Assembly (NCBI GenBank): GCA_036172245.1
Contig: JAYWIR010000004.1
Span: forward strand, 1,674,001-1,738,000
Origin: Raillietiella orientalis
Lineage: Eukaryota
Reading direction: 5' to 3'
Length of the DNA: 64,000 bases
The notes under the pieces are model-generated. The model saw only the letters and a program-made list of their open reading frames with translations, did no database searches and was not told where the DNA came from. The number at the start of each line of letters is the position of its first letter. Within the stretch, counting starts at the first letter, position 1. Both the position numbers and the translations under genes were made by a program. This document shows, piece after piece, positions 12,951 through 26,249 of the stretch.

Positions 12951-13399
12951 GAGCGAATATTACCATTTCAATAAAATTCTAAGTGAAACGCTTTGATCTT
13001 CAGACTCTGTGCTGAAAATGGAAGCTCCCGTCAAGGAAGAGTTTCCCGAATTCTCGCATCATGAGGATTTTATTAGAAAGTTTGGGTACGCACTCACAGA
13101 AACACGTTATTCAGGTTGAACTGCTCTTTCAACTGTTTCTTCATTCGGTAGTACACTGCTCATATGCCGGGAGCTTTCGTGCTGTGTGTCTGCGGCGCGT
13201 TTCGAACCCGCTCCCTCGTGACTCGCGTCGAGTTTCCCACTCGCGATGCCGCGCACGTTTTTGCCTGAAGCGCTGCTGCTCAGGGTGGTCGGCTTGTTCT
13301 TCCTGCATGCTGCATGCTGTTTGCAAACAGGTTCGCCGCTTCAGATCTAGTCTAGCACCCTGATCCAGTTTATGGCTCAGACACGCCCCCTAATACGTG

Positions 13400-16300
13400 T
13401 TTCGGGTGTGCAGTGTATGAGAGCAACCACTTTGGACATGACCTTGTCCGAGAGAGACCTCGATTTCCCTTGGGATCCAGTGGCTCTGGGAATTTCAGTG
13501 TTCGACGACTACCATCGGATTTCTGTCCTCCTTACCTAGAGGAAAGGTGGGCAGCGATCCACAGCAATTGGCATTTGACCTCCTTCTCCTGCTATGTCTT
13601 TGCTGTGGCAGATTCTTCGAAGGGGCAGCACAACTCCAGGATGCTCTTTGGTTTTCCTCCCTGAAGTACCAGGTCCGGACTGAGTTTGATCCAGCTTCTT
13701 AGAACCTTAGGCGGGCGGAAATACATCAATCTGTCCACCTTAGCATTCCTGGAAAGCATCCTTCCAGCAGAGATTCTCAGTGATCCTTGGATTCTGGTCT
13801 TCGCGCCCAAACACAGAATCTCTCGCCAACATCCGCATCGCTTGTCCGTACGGATCAGGCGTTTGGGCTGTTGTCGTTCTCGGATTGATCGTGGGAAGCT
13901 TTTTGGGCTCCTGCGGGCACAGCTGAGTCCCGCCGCTATAGAGTTCATGGAGATCTTTCCCTTCCTCGAAACATTTTCTAGGCACAGATGAATGCCGTTC
14001 CCTAAATCGTCGTGGCTGCCGTTCGATTTTCCTGCCTCTCCCTCCTCACAGTAGGTCCTCCTATCCTCGTGGATCGTTTAATCCGCATATACTGCTTAGC
14101 CTTCTCCAATCCCCGATGGCATGCTCAGAAGCAAACAGGCGGCTTTGCGAACCGCGGTTTGCCAGGGAACCGTGTGAACCTGCTCACGATTATTCCCCTT
14201 CCTCTCGGAAATCACATTTCCTCTTCCAGCCTCTTGGGATCGAGGGAGAGCATGCAGCAGCGTACGACGAGGATGTGGAGTTCTCTCTCCGCCTGCCTGC
14301 TGGCCGGAAGATCCGACCGGACTCCTTCCTCCTCCCATCTTAAGAACCTCTTTTCCGGATGACTACAGGACGGGTCTCAGTGACGGTTCGTGCTGTCCCC
14401 AACCCTCGATCCTCCAGGGAGCTTTCTCCAACTCGCTGAAGGAGAGTAGTGATATCGATCCAGCGCAGTCTCTTTTCTTCCTCCCCCTCCTAACTCTGCT
14501 TCTCCTTCGGATCTCAATCTCCACAGGTCCTTCCTTGTGAAGTACTACGGCTCTTTAGTAGGCGGGAAGTGACCATCGCCTCCACCCTTAAACCTGTTGC
14601 GCCATCTTTTTTTTCCTTCCGCGCTCTGCGAAATGCCTTCCCCTCATCGGGTGAGGAGACTTTGGTGGATGCATACGGATGAACTTTCCAGCCTCCTTGC
14701 TCCTTCTGCGCTGCATGCTGCCAGGCATCTTCAAAGCGCGTCCGAAAGTGACCTGTTGTTGCAGCAGCATCTCCTTCTGCTGATTCTACTCATGTCCTTT
14801 CCTCAGAAGCAGAAGTCGCTAGAGCATCAAAGGATCACTTCCCGAGAAACCGGAGATATCCCAAAGCTCAGGGATTTTTTTTTTTTCAACACTGCGTTGG
14901 GAACTTCTCTTGGAGTGCCATTCCGAGGTGGTGCCCGAACACCTTATAGCCCCCTTCCCTTGCGCTTTTTCTCCTCTTTCATTTTTTTTCCTCCCCGCTT
15001 CTTTATCTCCCCCTTTTCCCGAACGGGAATGAAGGGTAAGGGGAGAAGAAGACAGAGAATGCAGAAGTCTGAGGCCATTTTGACTCCCCCAGATTGTCGC
15101 AACCCGACCCCCGAGCGGCCGGCCACCCCAGCATGCCCTTCTGTGCTGACCTCCTTGCCCTCGGTGCATTTTTCCAGACTTCCTTGGAAGAAAAGCAAAT
15201 GAAACGCGTCAGATCTGAGCAACAGATCTGTTATCGATGATCGCATGCACCTCCAAAGGACTCCACCTCAGACACCGAAGCACCTCTCAAGGGGTCAACT
15301 CTGAGAAGAAGCTTTCTCCCTTGAAAACTCATCTGCAGGATCACTCCCACGATCCGACCCCATAGTCACCTTCCAGATCGGATATCAGGGTATTTATGTC
15401 TCACACGGGTACCCCGGATGGACGATTGCCTCGAGGTCAGTAGAAGTTAGAGTTCCTCTGGGGAAGGGGATGCACTCCTCCCAGACAAGGTTCGTTCCGA
15501 AGGATTTCTGGAGAGAAACCTTGGACTTTGGCAGCGAGGAAGAAGCGATGAGGAAATCTCGAGCCACTACTCAGGGACTTTCTTCCCGTAGGAGGTCCAC
15601 GAACCGTCGGCTCCTGGCAATATTGCTGATGCGAAGAGACACATCGTGAGAAAGATGAAGTGCACCTCTTCCTGTTCCCTTTCCTTCCTTTCCGGGTGGA
15701 ATGGGGTTTCCGGGAGACTGGAGACTTCCTCGTAAACCAGTCCGGAGCGGCTTCAGGGAGCGCACGCGCACTCATCTCTAAGCTGAGCGGGACCGTATGG
15801 AACTGGGAAGATCCATTATTCAGTCCTCTACCATACGGCAGGGAGGGACCTAATTCCAGGTTGGAGAATCCCGTGCTGGTGAGAAGACCGGCATTTTTCC
15901 GACGCACCCTGGAATGACGGCGAACTTTCTCCCAAGCAGCCGACCACTCAGCAACCCCGCCATATTGGTTTGCCCCTCGAAACAAATAAGCCGATACAGC
16001 CACTTTGCCTCTCCTTAAATGAGGCTGTCGTCTCTCTTCCGTCGTCCCAAGTCGCCGTCCACAGAGTCAACCGTCGAAAAGGAGGAAGATGGCGGTAGGG
16101 ACCAGAGTTTTTGATGTCCGATGGTCATTCCCGGTATCTCTTTATTAAGAAGAACTCGTCCGGGAGTTGCCGCGGCATTCGGTCGATTAGGTACTCTCTT
16201 GAATTCGCCACCTTCTTTCCTTGAAGACGACTTCGGCCCTGCTGCCTCAGAGGGCGAGGCAGAGAGGTGAAAAGCAGGGAGAACCTTTGAAAATCAGGAA

Positions 16301-17000
16301 AGAATTTGCAGAAATAGCCTGGTGAGTTGTTCAGAATGAAGAGGAAATCTGCTCTGCCTTGAACCCAGTTGGGGGCATCGCAGGGGGATGCCCCCACTGC
16401 CTTCTTGGAAGAGCCGAGGGAAACGTAGAGGATCCACTTGCCCGGCGCACCCGAACACCTCAGAGCACTACGCTTTTACTTCTTTGTTCCCTCCGAGAGT
16501 CTTCTCAATATTGTTATGGAAAGGAATCGGAAAGGAAGTTTTCCTAGTCAGGACGTTTCTTGGCGTGGTTCTTCGAAGGGAAAGGGAAGATCGAAGAGGA
16601 AGAGATCTTCAGAGATTTGATCCTCCATCGCTGCGTCTCCTTCTCTCACCCTCCTCGTCGCTTTCAGAACCTGAAATTCAGGCTTCGAGATGGGCAGCTC
16701 CAGAGAGTGGAGACAGCGGCACTCCAGCCGCCTATCTGACAGCCGTGGGAAGCAAGTAGTATGCAGACCACTTCCCAGATGGCTCTGTGCATGGAGAATC
16801 ATAGCAACCCGTCGGAATGTGAATAAAGAATTCAGCGTTCGATGTGGCTGGACTCGACCCCAATGTTTCGGAAAATTAGCAAGCTTTTGGCACCAACAGA
16901 GGCTGGGTGATGCAGACTGCAGTGCCAAACGGCGATGCTCCTGCAAGTCGCTGGGGTCTCCCTCGTTTGGTCCAGACTTCCCTGCTCGGAATGCCGCGTC
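13400..17000 (-). mobile_element. RLE-type non-LTR retrotransposon fossil, NeSL/Utopia-like
   Basis: Motifs 5' to 3': IKRYR, APDW..K, QGFSP, SDLEGDYG (DL.nAFG), GFSGSD (FADD), SHDDLGNG, DKRCG, PDLVLQGGKPKSILELCCPFE (PD..D/E restriction-like endonuclease core), HWIP. Confidence 0.65.
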
Positions 17001-17499
17001 AAGAGAGCTGAGGAATGTCGCGCTCTTCTCGGCTCAAAGTCCTGCCATTGCGTTTTCTGAAACTGTTTTTTTTTTTCTCTCTCTCTCTCCTTGCGGAGTG
17101 ATTTTTCACTTGGAACTCAGAACGATCCTTTCGCTTCGCAAAGAAAACAGAACGACTGTTATGGAAAGTTGGGCGGCACTCCAGAACGGAAAAGTGCGTC
17201 TCTGAGGCTGCTCGCCTTCAGAACACTTAGCAACTGATGAGTGGGCTGCTCCATCTTTGGAAAACCGCAAATTCTTCATTCATACTAAGGGTGCTCCTCG
17301 GGAAAACCAAGCAAGAAGGAGTTTCCGTGGAAACCGTTCCTTCCGAAAAACAAGGAACAAACATATCGAAAGTTGGTTTTGAACCCGAGCAAACAAAGAC
17401 CCTGAATAGAATTGGTTTCGGAGATTACTTCAAGACAGACAGATTTTTGCGTAGCAACCGTAAATCATTGAGCATCTAAAACCACTTGGACCTCAAATC

Positions 17500-20400
17500 C
17501 ATGTTTATGATGGGTAGACAAGAGAAATTTCATTCAGTGTTGCTCCTGATAACCTTCCGTCGTAGAAAAAACGAAACTGGCGTTGTAAAAGAACCTGCAC
17601 TTTATTAAGGAATTTCCTCTTAGTAAAAACGGAAAATTCCACGGCATGGAATCAAATGCTTCAGAGGGAGGCATGATCATTCAACCAATTAGGTAAAAGG
17701 TCGCGCATCCTTACAAACGCAGAACTCAAATCTTCCGAATTTCCAGCTGAGATTACTCTTCTTAAGAGAAGCTGATTAAGTCTCCCTGGGCACTAGGAGA
17801 GTTTGTGATTGAGAATTCTGCATCTGCTCATTGCATTTGGACTCGATCCTTGTTTCCAAGGAATCCTCTGCTCAATTACCTCAAGCAGATAAGTGTCAGC
17901 TGAATTCAGAAATGAGGTCCTTTGTGACTGGAGTTTTTCTCCTCTCTGTCGTTTCCAGTTATCTTCTTCTCCCCCAAAGTCCTCCCTTTATGAGGAGCGC
18001 AATTAAAGCTTGAAAAGGTTTTACCATTACCTACATTGTCCTTCATAGTGAGCTTTGGAACACAGGATTGGTGTCAGCGCTAATAGCTCATCATACTCAG
18101 TTGCAACCATTAGAAATCAATCTGAAAAAAGATTTTTTAGTCATTTTCAGTGGGATGTTTGTCCTCCGACGGAATTCCGCTCTCGCTGGTGAGTCGCGCG
18201 ACTTAATTGTGCACTCTTCTCGGGAACGCCGGTCCCTGCTAAAGAGAAATTCTAGGGGTGGTTACTCGTCAAACAGAACTCAATCCCCAGTGTCGAAAAA
18301 TTAAATCATCAATAAGAGGAAGCATTTTTTTGCACGGCTGGTGATTGTTTAAAGGGAGTTTGATAGCCAGATAATTTCTTCTAGCATACATTGAAAGCGT
18401 AAGCGTGGTGGCGTTCGGGAAGACATCTTGAATTGATTTATGAAGATGATATCCACGTTTGAAGAGCAAAGACTTCAGAGTCTAATATTTCTGGACAGCA
18501 GTTGCTGACTGCACAAACCTCATCGTCCACGTCCATGATGGATAAAATTGCTATCCATTTTCTCTCGTAGAAGCAGCGGCATATGGCTGAATCTGTCAGT
18601 CGGTTTTTAACTTCCCATTTATTCCTGGAATTTGCTCCCAGGAAATTGCCGACAGCGAGCGTTCATTCAGCATCCACATTTCTCAGTAACGCTGCTCTGT
18701 TATTTCAGAGCCAGCTGATTACTCCCAAAGATTCTTCCCACAGACGTACTGGGAATCCATTCAAAAAGCTTCCTTTAAAACCTTGTTCCAGATACTCCAT
18801 GGATTACACCCATTTCTAAGCAAAAAAACAAGCCAATCGTTATGGAATTCTAGGTCTGACCCGTATATGAAGCAAGACACTCTTTCGCTTATTCGAAGAT
18901 AAGTGGGTATTATCGCAGCAGATCCATGCACTGAAAGAACAGACAGTTGTCAGAAATAGGTACCTCCCTGAACCTCTCCCACTTCAAGAGAAATGAGAGC
19001 AAAGAGGCAAAAGGAAATGTATAAAGAGTAACCACTTGAGTGAGTCGATCACATCCATGTCTTCTTGCGCTTGCAAACACCAAGATGTGGTCTTTTCAGC
19101 GTCGGTACTGGCTCTGAGGATCTTCTTTCCCTCCCTTATTGTGTTTCTTCAATGAATGCATGCAGTGATCAGTGACCGCCCTCCCATACCGCACAGAATT
19201 CTTCAAAGCTGTTTTCCGTGTGGGTTGTTTGCCAAAAAGTATACTACGGTTCATGGAGTTTAAAATGTGGAAGGTAAGTCACAGAAATCACTGGCCTGAT
19301 GGTTGAGCCGCTGTTTCGTTTCAGAATAGCCAACGCTCACCTCGGTCACGATGCTGCTCAGAAACTTCCCGCAAACTTGTTCTTGAAGTACAAATACAAT
19401 CTTCGATCGTCTCTGGAGAAAACTTGACACCTATCAGTGCTCCGGCAAGCAATGGCTCTCCGGTAATTCCAGCTTCCCTAAACTGACCCTGAGGAATTAG
19501 AAATTGGCGGGTGTTGAGGACCTGCGTTCGGTCGCAGGTTCTCCCACGCATGACAGATGGTTCCTAAATCCTCTTTTCATATTGAGAATTCATTTCCAGC
19601 TTATCTGTTCATCATACATTTTTCTGGCTCATCGCTTCCTCTCCCATCACTTCCAACTGTCCAAGACATCTTTACGTTTATTGCTTTATTCGGGAAGCAA
19701 ATAGCAAACTGAAGTTGATATGTGGGAACCTGCATATCGTGGCCGGCGGCTGTAGAACGTGGATGACTGAGACTCGTTAAGCTGTCACGGGATCAGGTAG
19801 CCACAGACTCTTCATTTCAAGGAAGCACTTCCAGAGAAGAAAGGTGAAAGCAGTCTCACTGCCTTCATCTTCTCAAGCGATTGCTCGGGAAACAGGAAAG
19901 AGCTTCCGGCTAACGAAGACGCTGGTAACCCACTCCACGAAGAAATCTCCACCACAGGGATTTTGCCACTGCTATTCCAGGACTTCGCCTTCCATATCGG
20001 GAAGTGGAATGCAGTTATGTTCCAGAAGGTCCCTATTCGATGGGCTCAGTAGATGCTACGGTTGCAGCGGATACTCGAGGCCACCGTCAGGCGTCTCATC
20101 TTCTTGCATACAGCCGTGGTACGCCGAGATTTCTAAGAACTGAATCATTTTTCGGATGCCCCGATCCCGGGGATCCAACTACAGATGCTTCAGTCCTTAC
20201 CTTCATCCCGTCACTGAAAGGTTGCCTGCCGATCTCCTGCTACTTGTTCCGTTCCCCTCACGTCCTATACTAAGAGAGTCTTCCCCATTCCCCCAATTTC
20301 AAACGGCAGGGAACATCAAGAATAGCGATTTCATTGTTCTTCTGCAAAACCACAGCTCTCCGAATGGTTAGCTAAGCGAAACAACCAAAGAGATCTTCTT

Positions 20401-22560
20401 TAGACCTCTCGTGCCCAGGACTGTGATGATCTTGTGCTACTTCTCTGCCCATTCAGATACTCTTCTGTAAGTAATGGTGACTTATGCAAGTTGTGAGTGA
20501 ACAGTGAAAGCAGCGAACCAGTAGAATTAGAAGGGCTTTTTAAATCCAAGGATCCCACAACCCGGATGTAAAATCGACTGCAAACTTTCTGCTCATCCAT
20601 GGAACCCATCCTACAGAGGAAAAAAAATCCAAGAGACTGAAAATCTCTTGTTTTTTTTAGCTCCATATCTTGCAGTCATGCTGCAGAGCATGAAAAGAAT
20701 ATTCCTCAGTTTGCTCAACCTAACAGGGTGCCTTTGTAAAGGCAGTCCAGTTTTATCTCACTGTGCGGCTACCTACTCGTTGATCACACTATGCCTGGTT
20801 GGAATCCACGAGCATCCACATTTGAATTACAAAAGGAAATTCAAAGCAGAAGTGAACTGCAAAGAGGATTCTTCTCGAGTCTTCGCGAATGAAGAGGGCT
20901 ACCAGAACAAGCGCAAAAAATTTGTGCAGTTGTTTCTCCATGAACAGCGATTTTGGAAACACTCCATATTCTCCAGTCATTCTAAACGGAAGCAGGCAGT
21001 TGACCGTTGCTTGGGTCATCGCCTGTAAAGTTACGGTGACCTTCCCTTCACTCACTGTGAACCAGCAAGTGCTGACCGTGGCAAAAACTGTTCCTCCAAG
21101 TAGAAACGTTTCAAAATGAAATTTTGTTGCAGCTTTGGGGAAAGTAAGGAAAAAAAAAAAAATCTCTTCCCAATATCATTGGAGAACTAGGGGGGGGGGA
21201 GGGGGTAAACCTTACGGTGGCACCTGCATCCGACTACCCGCTAACTCGTGCATGGTGTGCAAGTGCAGATCTCAGCTTGCACATGCAAAAGGAATGAGGG
21301 CTTAGCATAAAGCCGGAAAAACCGTCGAGGGCGAATCCGAACCTTGAAGCTACAGATCTGTCTGGCACCGAGAGTGGATTCACTCAATTCGAGCCCTCCG
21401 TCGATACTTGACCTAGTCACAAGCCCACGACCTTCATCCCTCTGGAAGCTGGAGCCTCCCTAACGCGAAAGTTCTGTTCCTCGGGTTCGCTCGTGTTCGA
21501 ACGGTGTACCATTTTTGCTTTTTCAGATGCTGAGGCTCAGAGACATCCCCACATCCTGCCACTCACCCATCATTCGGTTTCCAATACCAGCGAGGACCGA
21601 ATCCGTAGTTAAGTTCTCATTGGTGAGAGGGACATGAAAGATGCGCACAGTGCACAGGTGCTCTCGATCTCTCCAGCTTGAGAGTTGCAAAAGGGGTTTT
21701 TGCTTATTGTTCCAATCCGAGTAGGTGCTCCTGGATTACGCTCTCTTTGCTCTTATTTGACTGCATCTCCATCCGTCTTTCCTGAATTCGGCGTTTTCAT
21801 TAGAAATTCCCAAACGTCTGCCTTCACAAACCGAAATGGTCCGAGCATGCTCAAAGATGTGAACTTCTCTTTGCTTCTCCTTGGTTTTCCGCTTCTCATC
21901 CCGCCAGCCTGTGAAGTTTACCTGTAGCGTTGGCGTTCTGAGTGGTCATTGCTTGCATAATCCATTGAGGAAAGGAGACATCTCTTGTGTGATAATGACC
22001 ATAACCTTCGAAGTAGCGGATTCAGACTCGTTGGATGGCAAAGCTGTGGATCCTATAAAACTAATTTCTGAAGTGACTTCTGAAATTACAAAGTTCAAAC
22101 TTGAGGACCGCGACTAATGAGTGAAAATCACGGCAAGGGGCTAAACGATCGTCATGATGCATGCATTATCAGGTCAGTCCCAGAACTCACTCTGGAAGAT
22201 TTGAGAGGCGCCTTCGGTTCTCGCAAGAATCGAATGTGTACACCATGAATGGCTTTGCGTGGTGACTTGGCAGTCGGTAGTCAGCTCATCTAGAAAGCTG
22301 CACGGCTTGCGATCTTCATTGGATGCGGTGTTGGTACTCAGTTTTTCTCTCCTCTCATAGCCTGCTGAATAAAGTCCTTTTGGCCTGGATTATGGCGTGA
22401 AACGTAAGCATCTTGGAAAGGGACTTCCATGCCACACCCATAAGCTGGGCAGTCTGGGATTAGATTACCATTACGTGCACACAAACCATTTTGCAGATTT
22501 CAGTGCAATGGTTTCTTGCTGGCAGGTCAATCACGTTGACCGAAAGGAAATGTTCTAAAC
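17500..22560 (-). mobile_element. Near full-length L1 fossil (ORF1 ~22560-21700; ORF2 ~20650-17500)
   Basis: ORF1 NLP..FW plus knuckle; endonuclease remnants and KSLWL; RT ISERVSCFIYG (Is..QsaFi.G), KSLLF and YLAIKLP...PLIDDLIFRHW. All collinear. Confidence 0.7.
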
Positions 22561-22599
22561 ACAGCTGACGACTTTCGAGAAATCCCATGCTTTCCTTTT

Positions 22600-23000
22600 T
22601 GAGGAACAATCAGGATTTATATAGAATCATTGAGAAACACCATTGTCCACCTTGTGGAGCTTTCAACACCTGCTTAGAAACCATCATCGTTCTCCGGTCA
22701 TCACAGACTTTTCTGGATGCACAGAACGCTTTTGGAAAGGGAAATGCATTTTCGTTTCTTGAATTAACGAAGTCAGCTACTGAAGCCGAGGAGGAAAAAG
22801 ATCGATCTACATTCCTCTATGGCATCTTGCTTTTTCACTCCCAGTGTTTCGTGAAAAATGCCAAAAATCATGATCATCTCCCAGTAACTGACAAATCAAG
22901 TCACCCGAAAGTGATTTCAAGACGAGAAGTTTCCAGAACTCCTAACGAATGGTCCACAAGGAGTGTTGGATGCAAGTGTCTTTTTTCTCTTTTATAACAA
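22600..23000 (-). mobile_element. L1 RT N-terminal fragment
   Basis: FLAFFTKHWE...FVNSRNENAFPFPK resembles 'F...FF...W...vN.t.i.lipK'. Confidence 0.5.
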
Positions 23001-23485
23001 ACCTAGAAAGATGAGGCATAAAGTGAATGCAAAAGTTTAAAATGACTCATTATAAGAGGAATGTAATCCTTTTTTTTTTTTCCAGCACGCATTTTTTTTA
23101 TTCTTTCTACACTTATTGGAAGCCTTGAAGAAATACGGAGCATTTCGAGGAACGCACATTGCTGATGAATGCACGTTTCGAAAAGAAATTCTCACGGCAA
23201 CGGGTTGTAACTTAGTGACATCCTGTCGAAGAACAGAAGAACAGTGAATTGGTGTAAATTTCCCCCAAATGTGGCAGCCACCACTCGCTGTCTGAGTCCG
23301 CTATCATTCACAGCATTGCGACTTATCGTTTTCCCCCCAAAAAAATTTTTTTTTTATAGGAGGACATTGAGCTAAAAGAAAGTATAGGTTGTTACGCCTG
23401 AAGATCAACAGCTTATCATTGTTCTTCGACGCTTACATCACTCAAACACTTTTCGTCTCCGACATTTTCTCCGATAAACAAACCT

Positions 23486-23487
<2 letters not shown>

Positions 23488-23522
<35 letters not shown>

Positions 23523-23523
23523 C
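23488..23523. repeat. T20-A16 homopolymer palindrome
   Basis: Direct reading of the sequence. Confidence 0.9.
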
Positions 23524-23959
23524 TGTCAAATTATGACATCTTTGGATTCCCATTTTTTCATTCGCTGCAAGAGATAGACTGGTCAACCTACTTGTTGCTT
23601 TGCCATTTTCCTTGAAGATCTGCATCTGCAATCCTCGTGAGATTTGGCAATGCACACAGCAGAAGGCAGTGCTGTATTTCCATACCCACCAAGCCTCAAT
23701 TAAAGTCTGGTTGAGATTCCTTTTCCGATCATTATAGAGAGTCACAAAAATTTAGAGGTGCTAAAAAAAAATCTGTCTGAGTTTTTTTTTTTCTTTTTTC
23801 CATCAGATGAGATCGTGAAAAGATCCATGCGGTAAAGGGTTTTTTCCGAGTATCATGGTGACGTCGAATTCGAAACTTTACTGGGCCAAACGAATTTCGA
23901 TTTTTTTGCGAAGCTATTAAAAGAATCTGCATGTTGCAAAGTTCCTTCAAAACTACGTG

Positions 23960-25950
23960 TCAAAGTGCATCTTTGGTGAAACGAGCGCAGTCATGATTAT
24001 GACGAGAATTTTCGGTTGGGAAAATCTGAAGCTGCGATGCAGACTGGCAAGTGCCCATCTTCCTAATGATGCTCGCAGAATGCAACAGAATCACCAAATG
24101 TACTACATAGGTGAGACGACCACGTTGGACAGGTAGCTTCCAGATTGCACCTGTGAAATGAACGTTTGAGCGGAGAGCAGGCCAGATGAAATGAGAGAGC
24201 ACCAAAAACATCTGTTCCATAGGAATCCTTCTGAAGTGAGATGTACGCAGTACGCATGGAGAGATGCTTTCCAGAACACGAATCTTTTCAGTCAGTTGGA
24301 CAAGGAGAAATGTCATGCAGATGAGAACCACTCGTTCAAGTGGAGCTCCCACTTTGCAGAACTTCGAGTTTCTGGTTCCTTGACAACGGAATGGATAAAA
24401 GGCAAAGTTCCTCCCAGATGATTTGTATTTTGTGTTCCAGAAAAACTTCTTGCAACGACGCGAAGAAACTGGAAAAAATTTCCATTAGGAACAAGGGAAC
24501 TGATAAATAGAACAAGAAATGTGTACGCAAAAAGAATGAACACAACTCCCAAGATGCTATCAACGAACCACTGAAGAATTAGGTATTTTAGTCCGCTCCT
24601 TCTTTAAAAGTCATAGAAAGTCAGGAGGGTTCACGGAAATCTTTCTCAACCTGGAAGACGCAAGAGAAAAGCAAATTTAGAAATCCTACTCATACGCCGG
24701 ACCACCAAAGTCACAAAAACTCTGAATTCTCGAAACCTGGAACGGTCATCTGCTCAATAAGAAGGAAATTTCCTAGAATGGGCAGAAAATGGAGTCGAAT
24801 GCTCATGGTGAATTGGAGCTCCTGATTGGTGCGCGGGCCACTGCACTGTAGACGGAATAGAAAATGTCGGAATGGAATTGCCTCCATGTTTCCTAGACGA
24901 AAAACGCCATGATATGTAAAGCAATGGGGTATGCAGAATAAGAGAGTTATCTGTCGAAGGACCAAACGAGATGCACACCCCATCAGCTGAGCTCGGCTGC
25001 GTTCCTTCCTCCTTGAGATTCTCGTGTGAATAGCAAGGAGCTTAGCTAAGATAGAGCAGTTGAAAACTCCAGAATACAACTACGGTTGTGTACATGACTG
25101 ACGAGTCTTGGAGATGATACCTAGAGAGGAACGAGCAGCATAAATTCGGGGTGTATTTCACCTTGATGAGCGGCAATTTTCGAGGAAACGCATCAGAATT
25201 TCCGGCAGAAAAAGGAGTATCCCTTAGAAGAAAATGATGTCTTCTTTCGCGGCGAAGACTCGGGTTTATCTTTTGTCCCTGATGAGCTGACGTCCCCCTT
25301 ATTTCCATATCGACTTCCCAGGAATTTCAACTAATCAGGATTAGCAAAATTGCATCCCGAGGGGATGAAACACAGATTTTGGAACACGGGAAATCCACTG
25401 GCAGGAGCCCGTTTGCCTCGTAGGAGAGCCTGAATTCACGTGCAGCCCTGATGTGAAAGAGGTTCCGTGAGTGTAGGGGAAAATAGGGTGGACGAGAAGC
25501 CACCCAGGCTGGAGAATTCTGAGAGCTCTGCAAGCTCAAACGCGAACGGAAATCACTGAATTATCATCCACGCGTGTGCTTTGAAGCAGCTGTCTTCCCG
25601 AAACTGGCATGGGAACTAGGAAACAGGACTCGATGCTTTTTACACTTTCTTATTCACAAGGGGAGAGAATCGGGAGATCTCCCTGAGGAGCCAGCAGGCC
25701 TTCTCTAAGGACATCCCGAGGAGGAACAGATCGCAGGGCTGCAGCAAACTGGGGTTTGAGTCATTTTCAAGGAATGCATATAGAAGAGTGGATAAGAAGA
25801 ATAAACAGGTGGGAATGGGACCATCAGCTAGTGAGCAACTGGGAATACGATATCCATGTACTGACGCCTAGAATCATCGAATCATGGCTTACTGATGAAT
25901 TTCTTCGGCTCCTGCAAAACAACTTTAGCCAAGCACCATTGCAACAGCTG
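23960..25950 (+). mobile_element. L1 ORF2 fossil with internal deletion
   Basis: SFKW...TEW...EKL...NWKK (linker), CFLDE (faDD), CLLSRRR, HRFWN, KLAWEL, GGNGT (vGNG). Confidence 0.6.
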
Positions 25951-26249
25951 CATTAAATGGCACGGACATTATGTCGTAGTTTTCCGCAGCTTACGTTCTC
26001 AAGTTTTGTTTCGGGAGCATTTCCTGTTTTTTTTCTTCTTTCCTCGATGCCTCGCATTAGTTCCTCCGATGCCACATCGTTCGAGATTCCAGACGAACCT
26101 TCGACGGAGCTGGGCAAAAAATAATAACATCAGTCTCTTTTTCTTCGATTAAAAATCTTAATAAACGTATAGATAAGGAAGAGTATAGGAAAGGAAAATT
26201 AACCTATCGCTGACACATCATTGGCATTACTGGTAGCTCACAAGTCATG

